In this document: positions 42,721 through 52,806 of the stretch, piece by piece
Layout of the letters: each line of letters starts with the position of its first letter
How positions within the stretch are numbered: position 1 is the first letter of the stretch
From: Arenicellales bacterium
GTDB taxonomy: Bacteria > Pseudomonadota > Gammaproteobacteria > Arenicellales > JAJDZL01
Length of the DNA: 64,000 nt
NCBI GenBank assembly: GCA_965200765.1
Contig: OZ241380.1
Coordinates: forward strand, 1,170,417 to 1,234,416
Reading direction: 5' to 3'
The notes under the pieces: generated by a model
What the model was told of the DNA's origin: nothing
Database searches by the model: none
The model's input: the letters and a program-made list of their open reading frames with translations, nothing else
Translations under genes and position numbers: made by a program

Positions 42721-43683
42721 CTAACTTGATAGCCACGCATCAACAAGGTTTTGGTTGTTGTTAACCCAATCCCTTGCATAATCCGCCGTATCAATTTTAT
42801 CAACCACGACAGCGTAAGTCATCGCCGATAAATGATCGGTCGTGAATTGAACGCTGGACAGGAATTTTGCGACTTCTGGAAAATCCTGCTCTAACACGGT
42901 GGCAAACATGATATGCAAACTTGCAGTGTCCCAATGCATGGGTGCACTTGATTTTTCCAGCCAGTCGGGATCATCCGTCGGTTGAATGACAACCCATTTG
43001 TCTGCATCGTACGGTGGTTCCACAAGCGGAATCAAATTGTACAAAGTAAACATGTGGTGCGGGGTGTAGCACATGAATACAATATTTGTATTGTTGGCTA
43101 CCGCCGCATCAACATTCGCCATTGCCAACGTTTCGTCCATTACATCAAGATTCATGGTTTCATCGTAGCCGTAGCTCTTGGCACGAATCATTTCGATATT
43201 CGTAGATGCCCAGCCAGGTGCTCCGATCCAGATATTGCCTTTGCCATCGTCGTCCGTATCAAAGTTGGCCGCCATGTCCGGGTCCGCCAATTCCTCGATA
43301 TTCTTGATTCCTGTGCGCTCGGCAGTTGACTTTGTCACACACATTTCGCCTGGCGAGGAAGGTACGCCGTAAGGATTCATTTTCACGGTTTTCTTCTCTA
43401 CCACGTAAGTGTCATGCAAATTTTGTTGGTTGGGCAACCAGACTTCCGGATGAACATGCATTTTGCCTGCGTCCATGGCTTCGAACACAATCGGGTTGCT
43501 GGCGGTTTGAATTTCCACATCCAGCCCCAAGTTGTCTTCGATAATGACCTTCAGGATATCAGCAGTTGCTTTTACCGTTGGCCAATTGGGTACTCCCATT
43601 ATGACATCAGCTGCCATGGCAGTACCTGAAAGGCTCATGCTCACGGCAAGGATGCCGCTAAAGAAAGTTTTTCTGAGGTTCAT
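42721..43683 (-). CDS. proX: glycine betaine/quaternary-amine ABC transporter substrate-binding protein
   Basis: Signal peptide MNLRKTFFSGILAVSMSLSGTAMA, then ..IMGVPNWPTVKATADILKVIIEDNLG..VE.....NPIVFEAMDAG..HVHPEVW, typical of ProX/OpuAC. The ATG at 43683 has a GGAG RBS (the track starts at GTG 43692). Confidence 0.8.
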   Translation of the reverse strand: MNLRKTFFSGILAVSMSLSGTAMAADVIMGVPNWPTVKATADILKVIIEDNLGLDVEIQTASNPIVFEAMDAGKMHVHPEVWLPNQQNLHDTYVVEKKTVKMNPYGVPSSPGEMCVTKSTAERTGIKNIEELADPDMAANFDTDDDGKGNIWIGAPGWASTNIEMIRAKSYGYDETMNLDVMDETLAMANVDAAVANNTNIVFMCYTPHHMFTLYNLIPLVEPPYDADKWVVIQPTDDPDWLEKSSAPMHWDTASLHIMFATVLEQDFPEVAKFLSSVQFTTDHLSAMTYAVVVDKIDTADYARDWVNNNQNLVDAWLSS

Positions 43684-44061
43684 AATCACCACTCCAAAGA
43701 AAAAATATTAATAGAAAGTAGGGTATTTATAGCAGGTAACACTCGACGAATGAAAGAATATTTTGTGCCAATGTATGATTAAGCAAAATTCTTGAAAAAC
43801 GCATGTTCAAAGGGGTATGGTGAAGCATCGCTTCAATTGTTCGTACCGGTACCACACGCGCAAATATTGATACCGATTGCTTAAAGGCAACCGAGATGAA
43901 ACAATTCCTTCAATACCAAAGGTGATAGCTCACTCGTGCTAGTCTTGAGCAGTGTGCCTAATGGTAGCAGAGCGATTGGCGCTGACCCTCACCGGGTCAC
44001 ATTGCGGCCGGAACTTGACTGAGTTTCAGGTTCAACTTCTATGTTATTTGCCAAGCATATA

Positions 44062-45348
44062 CTAAGCGTTAGCAACCGCTTTCAGCTGATCTCCGTAGTA
44101 GGCATTTCGAACTTCTTCAGCAATGATTTCTGCGCCCTTGTTGAATATTTCCGGTTCTTGCGCGTAGCTTACACGAATGCACTCGTTCGCATGCGCCCAG
44201 TCTTTATCTTCGAGTCCGTAGAAAAAATAGTTGCCGGGCACGATAATCACACCGCGTTCCTTGAGCCGTCGATACAATTCAAGACTTGTGATCGGCAATC
44301 CTGGAAACCAGAGCCACAGGAAGAAAGCACCTTCGACACTATGTAGTCGGTACGGAACATCGGAGAAGTGCTCATGCACTGTTTTCGTTGCCTGCTGTGC
44401 GAGTTGCTTGTAGTGGGGATAAATCACATCGCGGCACAATGGCAAAATCTCGCCGGTTTCAATTGACTTTTCAACCAATGCCGCACCGAAGTTGCCAGTT
44501 GCCAAGGTTAATACAGCATTGGTACAGGCCACCATTTCAATGACTTCAGGGTTTGCAATAATGATACCTGTGCGACCGCCCGGACAGCCCAGCTTGGACA
44601 AGCTCAAAACCAGAATAATATTCTCGTTCCAAATGGGGGTTACATCCTTGTAAACAAGACCGGGAAATGGCAGGCCATAAGCACTGTCAATGATCAATGG
44701 AATTTCGTGTTGATCTGCAATGTCAGACAGTTGTTGAATCTCATCGTTGCTCAGAACGTTGCCAGAGGGGTTCGTCGGTATGGAAATGCAGATTGCCCCG
44801 ATTTCCTTGGTAACTGCCAAATTGTTGAAGTCAACACGATATTTGAACATGTTGTTTGGCAGTTCTTCAATTCTGGGTCGGTGAGAGCGAAACAGGGGAC
44901 GATCCTCGCCTGTGTCGCTATAGCCGATATATTCGGGTGATACCGGCATCAAAACCTGCTTGTGACTGCCATCCGGAAATTTGCCCGCCAGGATCTTGAA
45001 TAGCAGTGTAAAAGCCATTTGACTCCCGTTAGTCAACGCAATATTTTCAGGACCAAGATTCCACCCATACTCGCTATTCAACAGATTGGCAAGAGAATCA
45101 ACAAATTGCGGCAGTCCCTGGGGTCCGCCGTAATCGCCGACCAGATCATTGAATTCCTGCGAGCGATCCAGCAAATTTTGCATTTGCTTATGGAAAAACT
45201 GTTCTACTTCCGGGATTCTGGATGGTGCGCCGCCGCCAAGCATGTAGATTGTCTGATCGTCTGAAGACGGGCAGCAACTCAGGTCTTTCATCAGCGTTGT
45301 GATGCCGCTTTCATCCCGTATTGATGTACCCCAGTTTGAAAATTTCAT
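44062..45348 (-). CDS. avtA: valine-pyruvate aminotransferase (class I PLP aminotransferase)
   Basis: MKFSNWGTSIRDESGITTLMKDL....MLGGGAPSRIPE...YGGPQG...ALTNGSQMAF is collinear with the E. coli AvtA N-terminus (FSLFGDKFTRHSGITLLMEDL..MLGGGNPAQIPE..YDGPQG..ALTNGSQSAF). Confidence 0.85.
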   Translation of the reverse strand: MKFSNWGTSIRDESGITTLMKDLSCCPSSDDQTIYMLGGGAPSRIPEVEQFFHKQMQNLLDRSQEFNDLVGDYGGPQGLPQFVDSLANLLNSEYGWNLGPENIALTNGSQMAFTLLFKILAGKFPDGSHKQVLMPVSPEYIGYSDTGEDRPLFRSHRPRIEELPNNMFKYRVDFNNLAVTKEIGAICISIPTNPSGNVLSNDEIQQLSDIADQHEIPLIIDSAYGLPFPGLVYKDVTPIWNENIILVLSLSKLGCPGGRTGIIIANPEVIEMVACTNAVLTLATGNFGAALVEKSIETGEILPLCRDVIYPHYKQLAQQATKTVHEHFSDVPYRLHSVEGAFFLWLWFPGLPITSLELYRRLKERGVIIVPGNYFFYGLEDKDWAHANECIRVSYAQEPEIFNKGAEIIAEEVRNAYYGDQLKAVANA

Positions 45349-45481
45349 TATTGTCCTTTGTTAGTGCTTTGTGAAGTTGTTTTGGAGAATACCAATAGGT
45401 TCATTATATATGAACACAGTGCTTCCCTGCTTAGGCCATAGCAGTATCTACTATTGCTGGATGGCGGGTGCCTGACTTCAG

Positions 45482-47656
45482 TCAGATTCTTGGGGCATGA
45501 GGTTGAATACTGCTTGTAGCTTCCCGGTAGCCTTCATCATTGTCTGTTGTAATCAAATCGGCAAGTACATTCAAAGCTTCTTCCAACAGGGCATCGCCGG
45601 CAATATCTACGAAAGAACTGTCGTTTGCGAGGTCACGCAACGGTTCAAGTCCAAGTTGACCGCGCAGTTGATTGACTTGGATGAGACGGGCATCATTGTC
45701 GCGCCGCATTTCTGTTTTACGGTCATTTTCGTTCAAAGAGATGGATTTGATTTCGGAGCGTTCCACCCTGAATTCTTCCAGATCGACCAGATAGTCAAAG
45801 ATCGGATTCGCTTCGGTGCGAGAAAGACTGAATTGCTGAATTTCCGGTAATTTTCTGACTACCTGATCCGAGTCTTGCCACGGCGACACGTTGATGGCGT
45901 CAATGACATGTGCCGGCAATGAGTTTTCCAGCAAGCGTTCTCCATATGAATTTGAAAATTTGTCCGTTGGAAACAAAATATGCGGTTGCACCCCCACATG
46001 CTGGGTGCTTGTACCATTGATGCGATAGTATTGAGCTGTTGTCAGCTTGAGATTGCCGGTATTGTCGAAATTGATCCATCGATTCAGCGGCCACAAGGTT
46101 TGAATGATGCCCTTGCCATAAGTGGTTTCACCAATCAGAACACCACGGTTATAGTCTTTGATAGCACTGGCGAATATCTCTGATGCGGAGGCACTGTTTC
46201 GGTCAACCAGTACGACGAGCGGACCAGCCCATTCAATGGACGAATCTTCATCGTTAATGACAACAATGTTTCCCGAAGAGTCCCGAATTTGAATGACAGG
46301 ACCTGATTCGATAAACAGTCCAGTCAACTTTACTGCTTCGTCAAGTGCACCACCGCCGTTGCCTCTCAAGTCCAACACAACTCCGTCGACATTCTGAAGA
46401 ATCAAATCGTGCAGGTGTCGGCGAACATCTGATGACGAACTTCTTTCTTCTTCGTGTGATGAATCATTCTCTGTTAGCAAATTTGTATAGAAAGTTGGCA
46501 GCTTGACAACCCCGAGTTTCAGTAACTGGTTTTCGGTCGGAATTTCAACAGTTGAGATTTTCGCGGCCTGTTCTTCCAGTTTCACTCGGTCGCGAACCAG
46601 CGACAAATTTGTCGGTGTTGCACCGGGCAGAGCATCCTTGGCCAGAATTTTCAAATGAACTACAGAACCCTTGGGTCCCCGAATTCGGTCAACGACATCA
46701 GAAATACGCCATCCAATTACGTTGGTAAATCCTTTGCCGTCGGGGTTTCCAACTGCAACGATACGATCGCCAGGATGAATCAGCTCGCTTTGAGCAGCCG
46801 GTCCACCTGGAATCACCGACATGATGACCGTGTACTCATTCTCGGTTCGAAGCATCGCACCAATTCCTTCAATTTGCTGCGATATGTTGATTTTCAGATT
46901 ATCGGAATTGTGCGGCGAGAAAAATTCCGAATGTGGCTCGATCAAGCCTAGATATGCGTTCAGCAATACTTCAAGAACATCATCGGCCCGCAACTTTTCA
47001 ATGGACGAGAAAAACTGGTCGTAGCGTTGTGTCAGTGTTGTTTTAATTTCGTCTGTCGCCATGTTTTCAAGCTTGAGTCCAAGGAAATCGTTCTTGACAA
47101 TCTTTCTCCACAAAAGGTTGTACTCGTTTTCGCTGACAGCCCATTGAGCAGACTCGCGATTATGCTGGAACTGTTCTTTCAGCATGAAGTCGAATGGATA
47201 CTCCAGTAGCGATTTGGCATATTCTGTACGCTCCTTGACCCGAATTCGGAATATCTTGTAAATTTCATAAGCTAGATCCACTTTGCCAGTGCGCAGGAAA
47301 TCGTCGACATAGAAGCGATAGGACTGATATTCCTTGACATCGTCTGCCAGGAAGTAAATCTTTTGCGGATCCAGCGAGTTCAGGTACTCATTCAGAATTT
47401 CTTCGGAAAACTCATTGTCAAGCTTGCGTTTCTTGTAGTGATACATGTTGACCGCCTGAACCGCAGCAATGGCAGAGAATCGATGTTGTGCTTCAGGAAC
47501 CACGCCGCTTGAACTTTCCGGGGTTAGTTCAATCGTGGGTATTTCCGAGTTCCAGTTGGAAAAAACCGGAAGCAAAACAATGATTCCACAAACCAGAAAA
47601 CCCAATACGATGGTACTGGTGGTTCTTGAAATTCGATTTGATTTCTTCGTTGTCAT
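45482..47656 (-). CDS. prc: tail-specific (C-terminal processing) protease
   Basis: 724 aa with an N-terminal anchor, a PDZ region (..VMSVIPGGPAAQS..L.PGDRIVAVG) and an S41 catalytic region (..LVVLVDRNSASASEIFA.AIKDY.RGVLIGETTYGKG). Confidence 0.9.
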   Translation of the reverse strand: MTTKKSNRISRTTSTIVLGFLVCGIIVLLPVFSNWNSEIPTIELTPESSSGVVPEAQHRFSAIAAVQAVNMYHYKKRKLDNEFSEEILNEYLNSLDPQKIYFLADDVKEYQSYRFYVDDFLRTGKVDLAYEIYKIFRIRVKERTEYAKSLLEYPFDFMLKEQFQHNRESAQWAVSENEYNLLWRKIVKNDFLGLKLENMATDEIKTTLTQRYDQFFSSIEKLRADDVLEVLLNAYLGLIEPHSEFFSPHNSDNLKINISQQIEGIGAMLRTENEYTVIMSVIPGGPAAQSELIHPGDRIVAVGNPDGKGFTNVIGWRISDVVDRIRGPKGSVVHLKILAKDALPGATPTNLSLVRDRVKLEEQAAKISTVEIPTENQLLKLGVVKLPTFYTNLLTENDSSHEEERSSSSDVRRHLHDLILQNVDGVVLDLRGNGGGALDEAVKLTGLFIESGPVIQIRDSSGNIVVINDEDSSIEWAGPLVVLVDRNSASASEIFASAIKDYNRGVLIGETTYGKGIIQTLWPLNRWINFDNTGNLKLTTAQYYRINGTSTQHVGVQPHILFPTDKFSNSYGERLLENSLPAHVIDAINVSPWQDSDQVVRKLPEIQQFSLSRTEANPIFDYLVDLEEFRVERSEIKSISLNENDRKTEMRRDNDARLIQVNQLRGQLGLEPLRDLANDSSFVDIAGDALLEEALNVLADLITTDNDEGYREATSSIQPHAPRI

Positions 47657-47671
47657 TGCAGGCAGGTCAAA

Positions 47672-48289
47672 TTATTCAGAACAAGTGGCAATTGTGCAAA
47701 CTTCACGTAGTGTCCGATCCTTGATTCCAAGCGTTTCAAGATGATCTGCGGCCGACTTGACATATTCCAGGTTTTTCCCTCGTTTTCCGGCGGCTTGGGA
47801 GACAATTGACGCGGTTTGTTCAATGGTCAGATTTCTTGTATAGCTGGGATGCTCGCGTCGAACGATAAATGTCAATGCACCAACTTCATCGCCGGTGGTT
47901 AATTTGATTGGCTTAAGCATTGCCCGATAAACACCGTTGACCATTTCACGGTTTTTCAAGTATTCAATCACTTCCGTCAGATTTGCCAATGCTACATGAA
48001 ATGCAATGCCGGCGCAGGAACCGCCGCGATCCAACCCAAATACCAGGCCGGGGCGTTCCGGCGTACCACGGTATCGAATTGACTGAATACACAACGACCG
48101 ATGGTAGCCAAATACTTTTGCCGGAATTGCTTCATAGAATGGAAATCCCGGATTCCACATGAGCGAACCGTAACCAAACACCCAGAGATCATCGCGGGGT
48201 AGTTGAGCCTTGTCGGCAAAAATACAACCTTTGGAGGTGTTATTGGACATCCAGTTTACCGGTAATGCACTTGTCATACAGTTCTTCAA
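47672..48289 (-). CDS. chaC: ChaC-family gamma-glutamylcyclotransferase
   Basis: LWVFGYGSLMWNPGFPF and downstream RGT.E.PG.V..L motifs. The true start is probably an internal Met (48277 or 48250), because the tracked start overlaps the upstream gene by 50 nt. Confidence 0.8.
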   Translation of the reverse strand: MKNCMTSALPVNWMSNNTSKGCIFADKAQLPRDDLWVFGYGSLMWNPGFPFYEAIPAKVFGYHRSLCIQSIRYRGTPERPGLVFGLDRGGSCAGIAFHVALANLTEVIEYLKNREMVNGVYRAMLKPIKLTTGDEVGALTFIVRREHPSYTRNLTIEQTASIVSQAAGKRGKNLEYVKSAADHLETLGIKDRTLREVCTIATCSE

Positions 48290-49424
48290 ATCCTTCCTGT
48301 GTCATCTTGACCGGATTTGTTGCAGTTGATGGATCTGTTAATGCCATGGGTGCCAGTTTTGTCACATGCTCCTGCTTGATACCCAGTTCACCCAACGTGT
48401 TCGGGATGCCAATTTCTGCCCTCAAGTTAATCACCCAGCTAATGAGTTCGTCAGGCGAAGGAAAGGGCAGATCAAGCAATCTTGCGAGCGAGGTTAGCTT
48501 GTCTTCAATAGCGTATGCATTATATTCGAGAACATAAGGCATCACAACCGCGTTGGTTGTTCCGTGATGCGTGCCGAATACAGAACCACAGGGATGGCTC
48601 AGGCTGTGCATGGCACCAAGTCCTTTTTGAAATGCTGTTGCTCCCATTGTTGAAGCCACTTGCATTTGCGCGCGGGCTTCAAGATCGTGTCCGTTCTGGC
48701 AAACTTTTGGTAGCCAATCCCGAATCAGTCGTATGCCTTCGGTGGCGATTCCCTGTGCGAGTGGATGAAAATTCTGACTGCAATATGCTTCGAGATTGTG
48801 CGACAGTGCATCCATGCCTACACCGGCAGTGAGATTTGCAGGTAATTCTGTTGTCAATTCAGGGTCGAGAATCACGCATGCTGGCATCATGCGCGGATGA
48901 AAAATAATTTTCTTTGTTTCATCGCTCAGATCAGTGATCACCGAGGCGCGGCCAACTTCGGATCCTGTACCCGAGGTGGTCGGCACTGCAATGATCGGTG
49001 CAATTCCACTATCGTCTGCGCGGGTGTACCAGTCTTCCCGATCCTCGAAGTCCCAAATGGGTCTTGTTTGTCCGGACATGAAAGCAATCGCCTTGCCGAC
49101 ATCCAAAGCACTGCCACCGCCAAACGCGATGACACCGTCGTGTCCGCCTGATTTGAACTCATCGACTCCTTGCTGGACATTCTTTTCGACTGGATTGCCT
49201 TGAATTTCGGCAAAAACTGCACATCCATCAAGTTTTGACTTGCAGAGGTCCGCTGCCTGCTGCAACATTGGCAAAGATGAGATGCCCGGGTCAGTTACCA
49301 GCAGGGGATTGGAAAGTCCAAGCTCAAGGCAAACCTCCGGGAGCTCGGCAATACGCCCGTTGCCAAATCTTATGGAAGTCGGGTAGCTCCAGTTACCCGG
49401 TTGTGACGAAATGGTATACGTCAT
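48240..49424 (-). CDS. iron-containing (group III) alcohol dehydrogenase
   Basis: 394 aa with GGGSALDVGKA, the AVPTTSGTGSE region, and His-rich metal-site blocks (..DALSHNLE.., ..HSLSHP.G...HG). Confidence 0.85.
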   Translation of the reverse strand: MTYTISSQPGNWSYPTSIRFGNGRIAELPEVCLELGLSNPLLVTDPGISSLPMLQQAADLCKSKLDGCAVFAEIQGNPVEKNVQQGVDEFKSGGHDGVIAFGGGSALDVGKAIAFMSGQTRPIWDFEDREDWYTRADDSGIAPIIAVPTTSGTGSEVGRASVITDLSDETKKIIFHPRMMPACVILDPELTTELPANLTAGVGMDALSHNLEAYCSQNFHPLAQGIATEGIRLIRDWLPKVCQNGHDLEARAQMQVASTMGATAFQKGLGAMHSLSHPCGSVFGTHHGTTNAVVMPYVLEYNAYAIEDKLTSLARLLDLPFPSPDELISWVINLRAEIGIPNTLGELGIKQEHVTKLAPMALTDPSTATNPVKMTQEGFEELYDKCITGKLDVQ

Positions 49425-49863
49425 GTTTAACTTGATGGTTTATTGCAAATGCAGAGCTCAATTTCAAATGAAACAAGGCTTAATTTTATTCATTTTGCGA
49501 TTGAATTTTGCAGGAATTTTCATGTGATTACTTTTTAGCATAACGAAATACACCGAATTCGCATTGCAACTTCAAGTTGTGATCGTAGTGTAAAGAGAAT
49601 CGCTGGCGAAATTCAGGAAATTCGGCAAGTCAACTCGCAGACAGTTACTCTTGGCAATTCCTGTACAAAACACGGATAGAGAACAATTTAAATTTGTGTC
49701 GCAAAAATTCTGTAGCTTTTCAAAGTAAAATACTACCAAATTCGTGTGGCTTCCCGCAATGCCAAACTCGTGAACCGAGTTGGGGTCAGGATGACCGACA
49801 ACATCGCTTGAAGCCAGAGAATTGTTGATATTGTTATTGGTAGCAGAATACGGAGCAACTCTT

Positions 49864-50583
49864 ATGTACGATGTCTATTACTGGACAACGCCGAATGGAC
49901 ACAAAATCACTATGATGCTGGAAGAACTTGGTGAAGAATACAAGGTGATTCCAGTCAATATTGGAAAAGGTGAGCAATTTGAAGAGCATTTTCTGAAAAT
50001 ATCGCCGAACAATCGAATCCCGGCAATGGTTGACAAAGATCCGATTGGTAGCGAAAGAGATGTATCGTTGTTTGAATCAGGTGCGATGTTGCTGTACCTG
50101 GCTGACAAGCATGGTCAGTTTATACCGACAGATACAGAAGGAAGGGCTGAGGTGTTGCAGTGGTTGTTCTGGCAGATGGCAAATTTGGGGCCGATGGCCG
50201 GGCAGAACCATCATTTTGTGGTGTACACGACAGAGAAAATTCCGTATGCAATCAATCGCTATGTCAATGAAGTATCTAGGTTGTATGCGATTTTGGACCT
50301 GCACCTTCAGGGTCGAGAATTTATCTGTGGTGACTATTCCATTGCGGATATGGCCTGCTATCCCTGGATTGTGCCGCACAAGCGCCAAAAACAGGTGATC
50401 CAAGATTTTCCGAATTTGTACCGCTGGTTTTCAGATATTCGGTATCGTCCGGCAACGGTGCGCGCATACGATTTGGCGAAAGAGATCAATCCTTCGCCGG
50501 GTGAGATGTCAGAAGAAGCCAAGAAGATTCTGTTTGGTCAAAGCGCGAAGACGTTCCGCGAGCAAGTTCAAAAGAAGTCGTAG
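49864..50583 (+). CDS. yfcG: Nu-class glutathione S-transferase (YfcG-like disulfide reductase)
   Basis: MYDVYYWTTPNGHKITMMLEEL...GKGEQF...FLKISPNNRIPAMVD...SLFESGAMLLYLA.K...LQWLFWQ...GPM.GQNHHF...IPYAI.RY is collinear with E. coli YfcG. The ATG at 49864 has an RBS (the track starts at 49822). Confidence 0.8.
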   Translation: MYDVYYWTTPNGHKITMMLEELGEEYKVIPVNIGKGEQFEEHFLKISPNNRIPAMVDKDPIGSERDVSLFESGAMLLYLADKHGQFIPTDTEGRAEVLQWLFWQMANLGPMAGQNHHFVVYTTEKIPYAINRYVNEVSRLYAILDLHLQGREFICGDYSIADMACYPWIVPHKRQKQVIQDFPNLYRWFSDIRYRPATVRAYDLAKEINPSPGEMSEEAKKILFGQSAKTFREQVQKKS

Positions 50584-50614
50584 GCGTAGCCTTCATTAAA
50601 TTGGAGATAGAGTT

Positions 50615-51745
50615 GTGGTGAATGTAGTTGCTGGCCCATTGAAAGGGATTCGGGTTGTGGATTTTACGACGCTGGCTCCTGGTCCGCTTGCGTCGTTGAT
50701 ACTCGCACAGACCGGGGCCGAAGTAATCAAGATTGAACGTCCCGGCGTCGGCGATGAAATGCGCATCTATGAACAGGCATTCAAAGACAACGGCTACACA
50801 TTTTCTTTGCTGAATGCCGGGAAACGTAGCGTTGTTGCAGATTTGAAAAATCCAGAAGGATTGGAAAAGGTTCGCCAGCTTATTCTTGAATCGGATGTTT
50901 TGCTTGAGCAATTCAGACCCGGAGTGATGCAGAAATACGGGTTGGACTACCAGTCCTTGAGCGAGGAGCATCCAGGTTTAGTCTATTGTTCCATCACCGG
51001 TTTTGGACAGACCGGGCCCAAGTCGAACATTGCGGCCCACGACCTGAACTATGTCGCTGACAGCGGCATGCTTTCGCTGACCGGTTCTGAACAAGACGGG
51101 CCTGGCATTCCGCTGTTGCTGGCTGCTGACTTGGCGGCTGGCACCTATCCGGCCGTGATGAACATTTTGCTAGCGATCATTCAGCGTCAGGCAACCGGAA
51201 AAGGTGTCTATATCGATGTGTCCATGACAGACAATCTGTTTCCATTGATGTTCTGGGGACTTGGTTTGGGGTGGGGATCTGGCAAATGGCCGCAATACGG
51301 CAATCACCTGCTTACCGGGCTATCGCCCCGTTATCAAATTTACAAAACCAAAGATTCCCGTTTTCTTGCAGTGGCGGCACTGGAAGAACGATTCTGGAGT
51401 GAATTCTGCGATGCAATCGGTATTGACAAGAGTGAATTGAATGAGCACAACGATATGTCCGGCGCGTGCAGAAAGATTGCTGAAACAATTCTTGAAAAAT
51501 CTGCTGATGAATGGAAGGACATTTTCAAGGGACGAGATACGTGTACGGTAGTCGTGCAAACATTGGAAGAAGCGGTGAAAGATGAACATTACTTGACGCG
51601 TGGACTATTCAGCAAGCAGGTTGCAATGGAAAACGATGAACTTGTACCCTCTTTGCCATTGCCAGTCGTAGACGAATTGCAAGAAAAACCGGACAAGCCG
51701 TTCAAAACACCCAAACTGGGAGAACACACCGAAAGTTTTCAATGA
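50615..51745 (+). CDS. family III CoA-transferase (CaiB/BaiF family)
   Basis: GPLKGIRVVDFTTLAPGPLASLILAQTGAEVIKIERPG.GDE.R is the characteristic N-terminus of family III CoA-transferases. 376 aa, GTG start. Confidence 0.8.
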   Translation: MVNVVAGPLKGIRVVDFTTLAPGPLASLILAQTGAEVIKIERPGVGDEMRIYEQAFKDNGYTFSLLNAGKRSVVADLKNPEGLEKVRQLILESDVLLEQFRPGVMQKYGLDYQSLSEEHPGLVYCSITGFGQTGPKSNIAAHDLNYVADSGMLSLTGSEQDGPGIPLLLAADLAAGTYPAVMNILLAIIQRQATGKGVYIDVSMTDNLFPLMFWGLGLGWGSGKWPQYGNHLLTGLSPRYQIYKTKDSRFLAVAALEERFWSEFCDAIGIDKSELNEHNDMSGACRKIAETILEKSADEWKDIFKGRDTCTVVVQTLEEAVKDEHYLTRGLFSKQVAMENDELVPSLPLPVVDELQEKPDKPFKTPKLGEHTESFQ

Positions 51746-52725
51746 GCAGTAACCATTCAGAAAAAATGACGATTGGAATTGTTGGTGCCGGTCTCATCGG
51801 TTCCGGATGGGGAGCAAGATGCCTGGCTCGCGGACATGATTTGGCTTTCTATGATCCGTCCTCTAACGGAAAACAGGTTTTCACAGCGAATTTGGAAAAT
51901 GCTTGGCAAGCCTTGGAAAAACTTGGATTTGACCGGCAGACCGCAGGTGACTGGAAATTTGTTGACAGCTTGGAAGCCTTGGCATCAGTCAGTGACTTTA
52001 TTCAGGAGAATGCTCCTGACAACATTGACATCAAGCGGAAAATTCACACCGAGTTGGATCGCACCGCCGCATCCGATGTAATCATTGCTTCAAGCTCATC
52101 CGGGTTGTTGCCAAGCGAGATTCAAGAAGATGCAATACATCCGCAACGGATTGTAATTGGGCATCCGTTCAATCCGGTTTATCTTCTGCCGCTGGTAGAA
52201 ATTGTGAAAGGCAATCAAACATCCGAGGAAACTGCACAACAAGCCGCAGAGTTTTATCGTTCCATTGGCATGTACCCGTTGCATGTGAAAAAGGAAATTG
52301 ATGGCTATATTTCTGACCGATTGCAAGAATCAATTTGGCGGGAAGCGTTGCATATGGTGGCTGACGGTGTTGCCAGTACCAAGGATATAGACGATGCAAT
52401 TGTTTATGGTCCGGGTTTGCGGTGGGCGATTATGGGTACTTGCCTGACGTTTCATCTGGCAGGCGGTAACGAAGGAATGCGGCACATGCTGGAACAGTTC
52501 GGTCCGGCACTTGAATTGCCATGGACGCACCTGAAGGCACCTGAGTTGACAGACGAGTTGATCGACCGAATGGTTACAGGCACCAAGGAGCAAGCGATTG
52601 GCTACTCGATTCCGGAACTGGAACAATTGCGGGACAATTGTTTGATTGAAATCATGCAAGTCCTGAACAAATACAACTACGCTGCCGGACAAATCCCGCT
52701 TGGTCCCACGATTGATTCAAAATAA
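51742..52725 (+). CDS. lcdH: L-carnitine dehydrogenase (3-hydroxyacyl-CoA dehydrogenase fold)
   Basis: GAGLIGSGWGAR..., SSSGLLPSEIQ....HP.R.V.GHPFNPVYLLPLVEIV.G, and REALHMVADGVAST.DIDDAI.YGPGLRW..MGT.LT.HLAGG.EGMRH.LEQFGPAL.LPWT.L.APELT are nearly collinear with Pseudomonas L-carnitine dehydrogenase as I recall it. Confidence 0.8.
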   Translation: MSSNHSEKMTIGIVGAGLIGSGWGARCLARGHDLAFYDPSSNGKQVFTANLENAWQALEKLGFDRQTAGDWKFVDSLEALASVSDFIQENAPDNIDIKRKIHTELDRTAASDVIIASSSSGLLPSEIQEDAIHPQRIVIGHPFNPVYLLPLVEIVKGNQTSEETAQQAAEFYRSIGMYPLHVKKEIDGYISDRLQESIWREALHMVADGVASTKDIDDAIVYGPGLRWAIMGTCLTFHLAGGNEGMRHMLEQFGPALELPWTHLKAPELTDELIDRMVTGTKEQAIGYSIPELEQLRDNCLIEIMQVLNKYNYAAGQIPLGPTIDSK

Positions 52726-52806
52726 TTGCGAGTACAGTTGTGGCTTGCACCCAGAATCAAGAATCAGAAATTTCATCCGTTTGAGTCGTATTACTTGACT
52801 GTTTGT

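Noticed and set aside
43960-44010. A short hairpin TGACCC-tcacc-GGGTCA downstream of avtA and upstream of proX could be a terminator or riboswitch element.
   Set aside because: The stem is only 6 bp, there is no T-run on either strand, and I recognise no known riboswitch consensus. The evidence is too weak to report as a feature.
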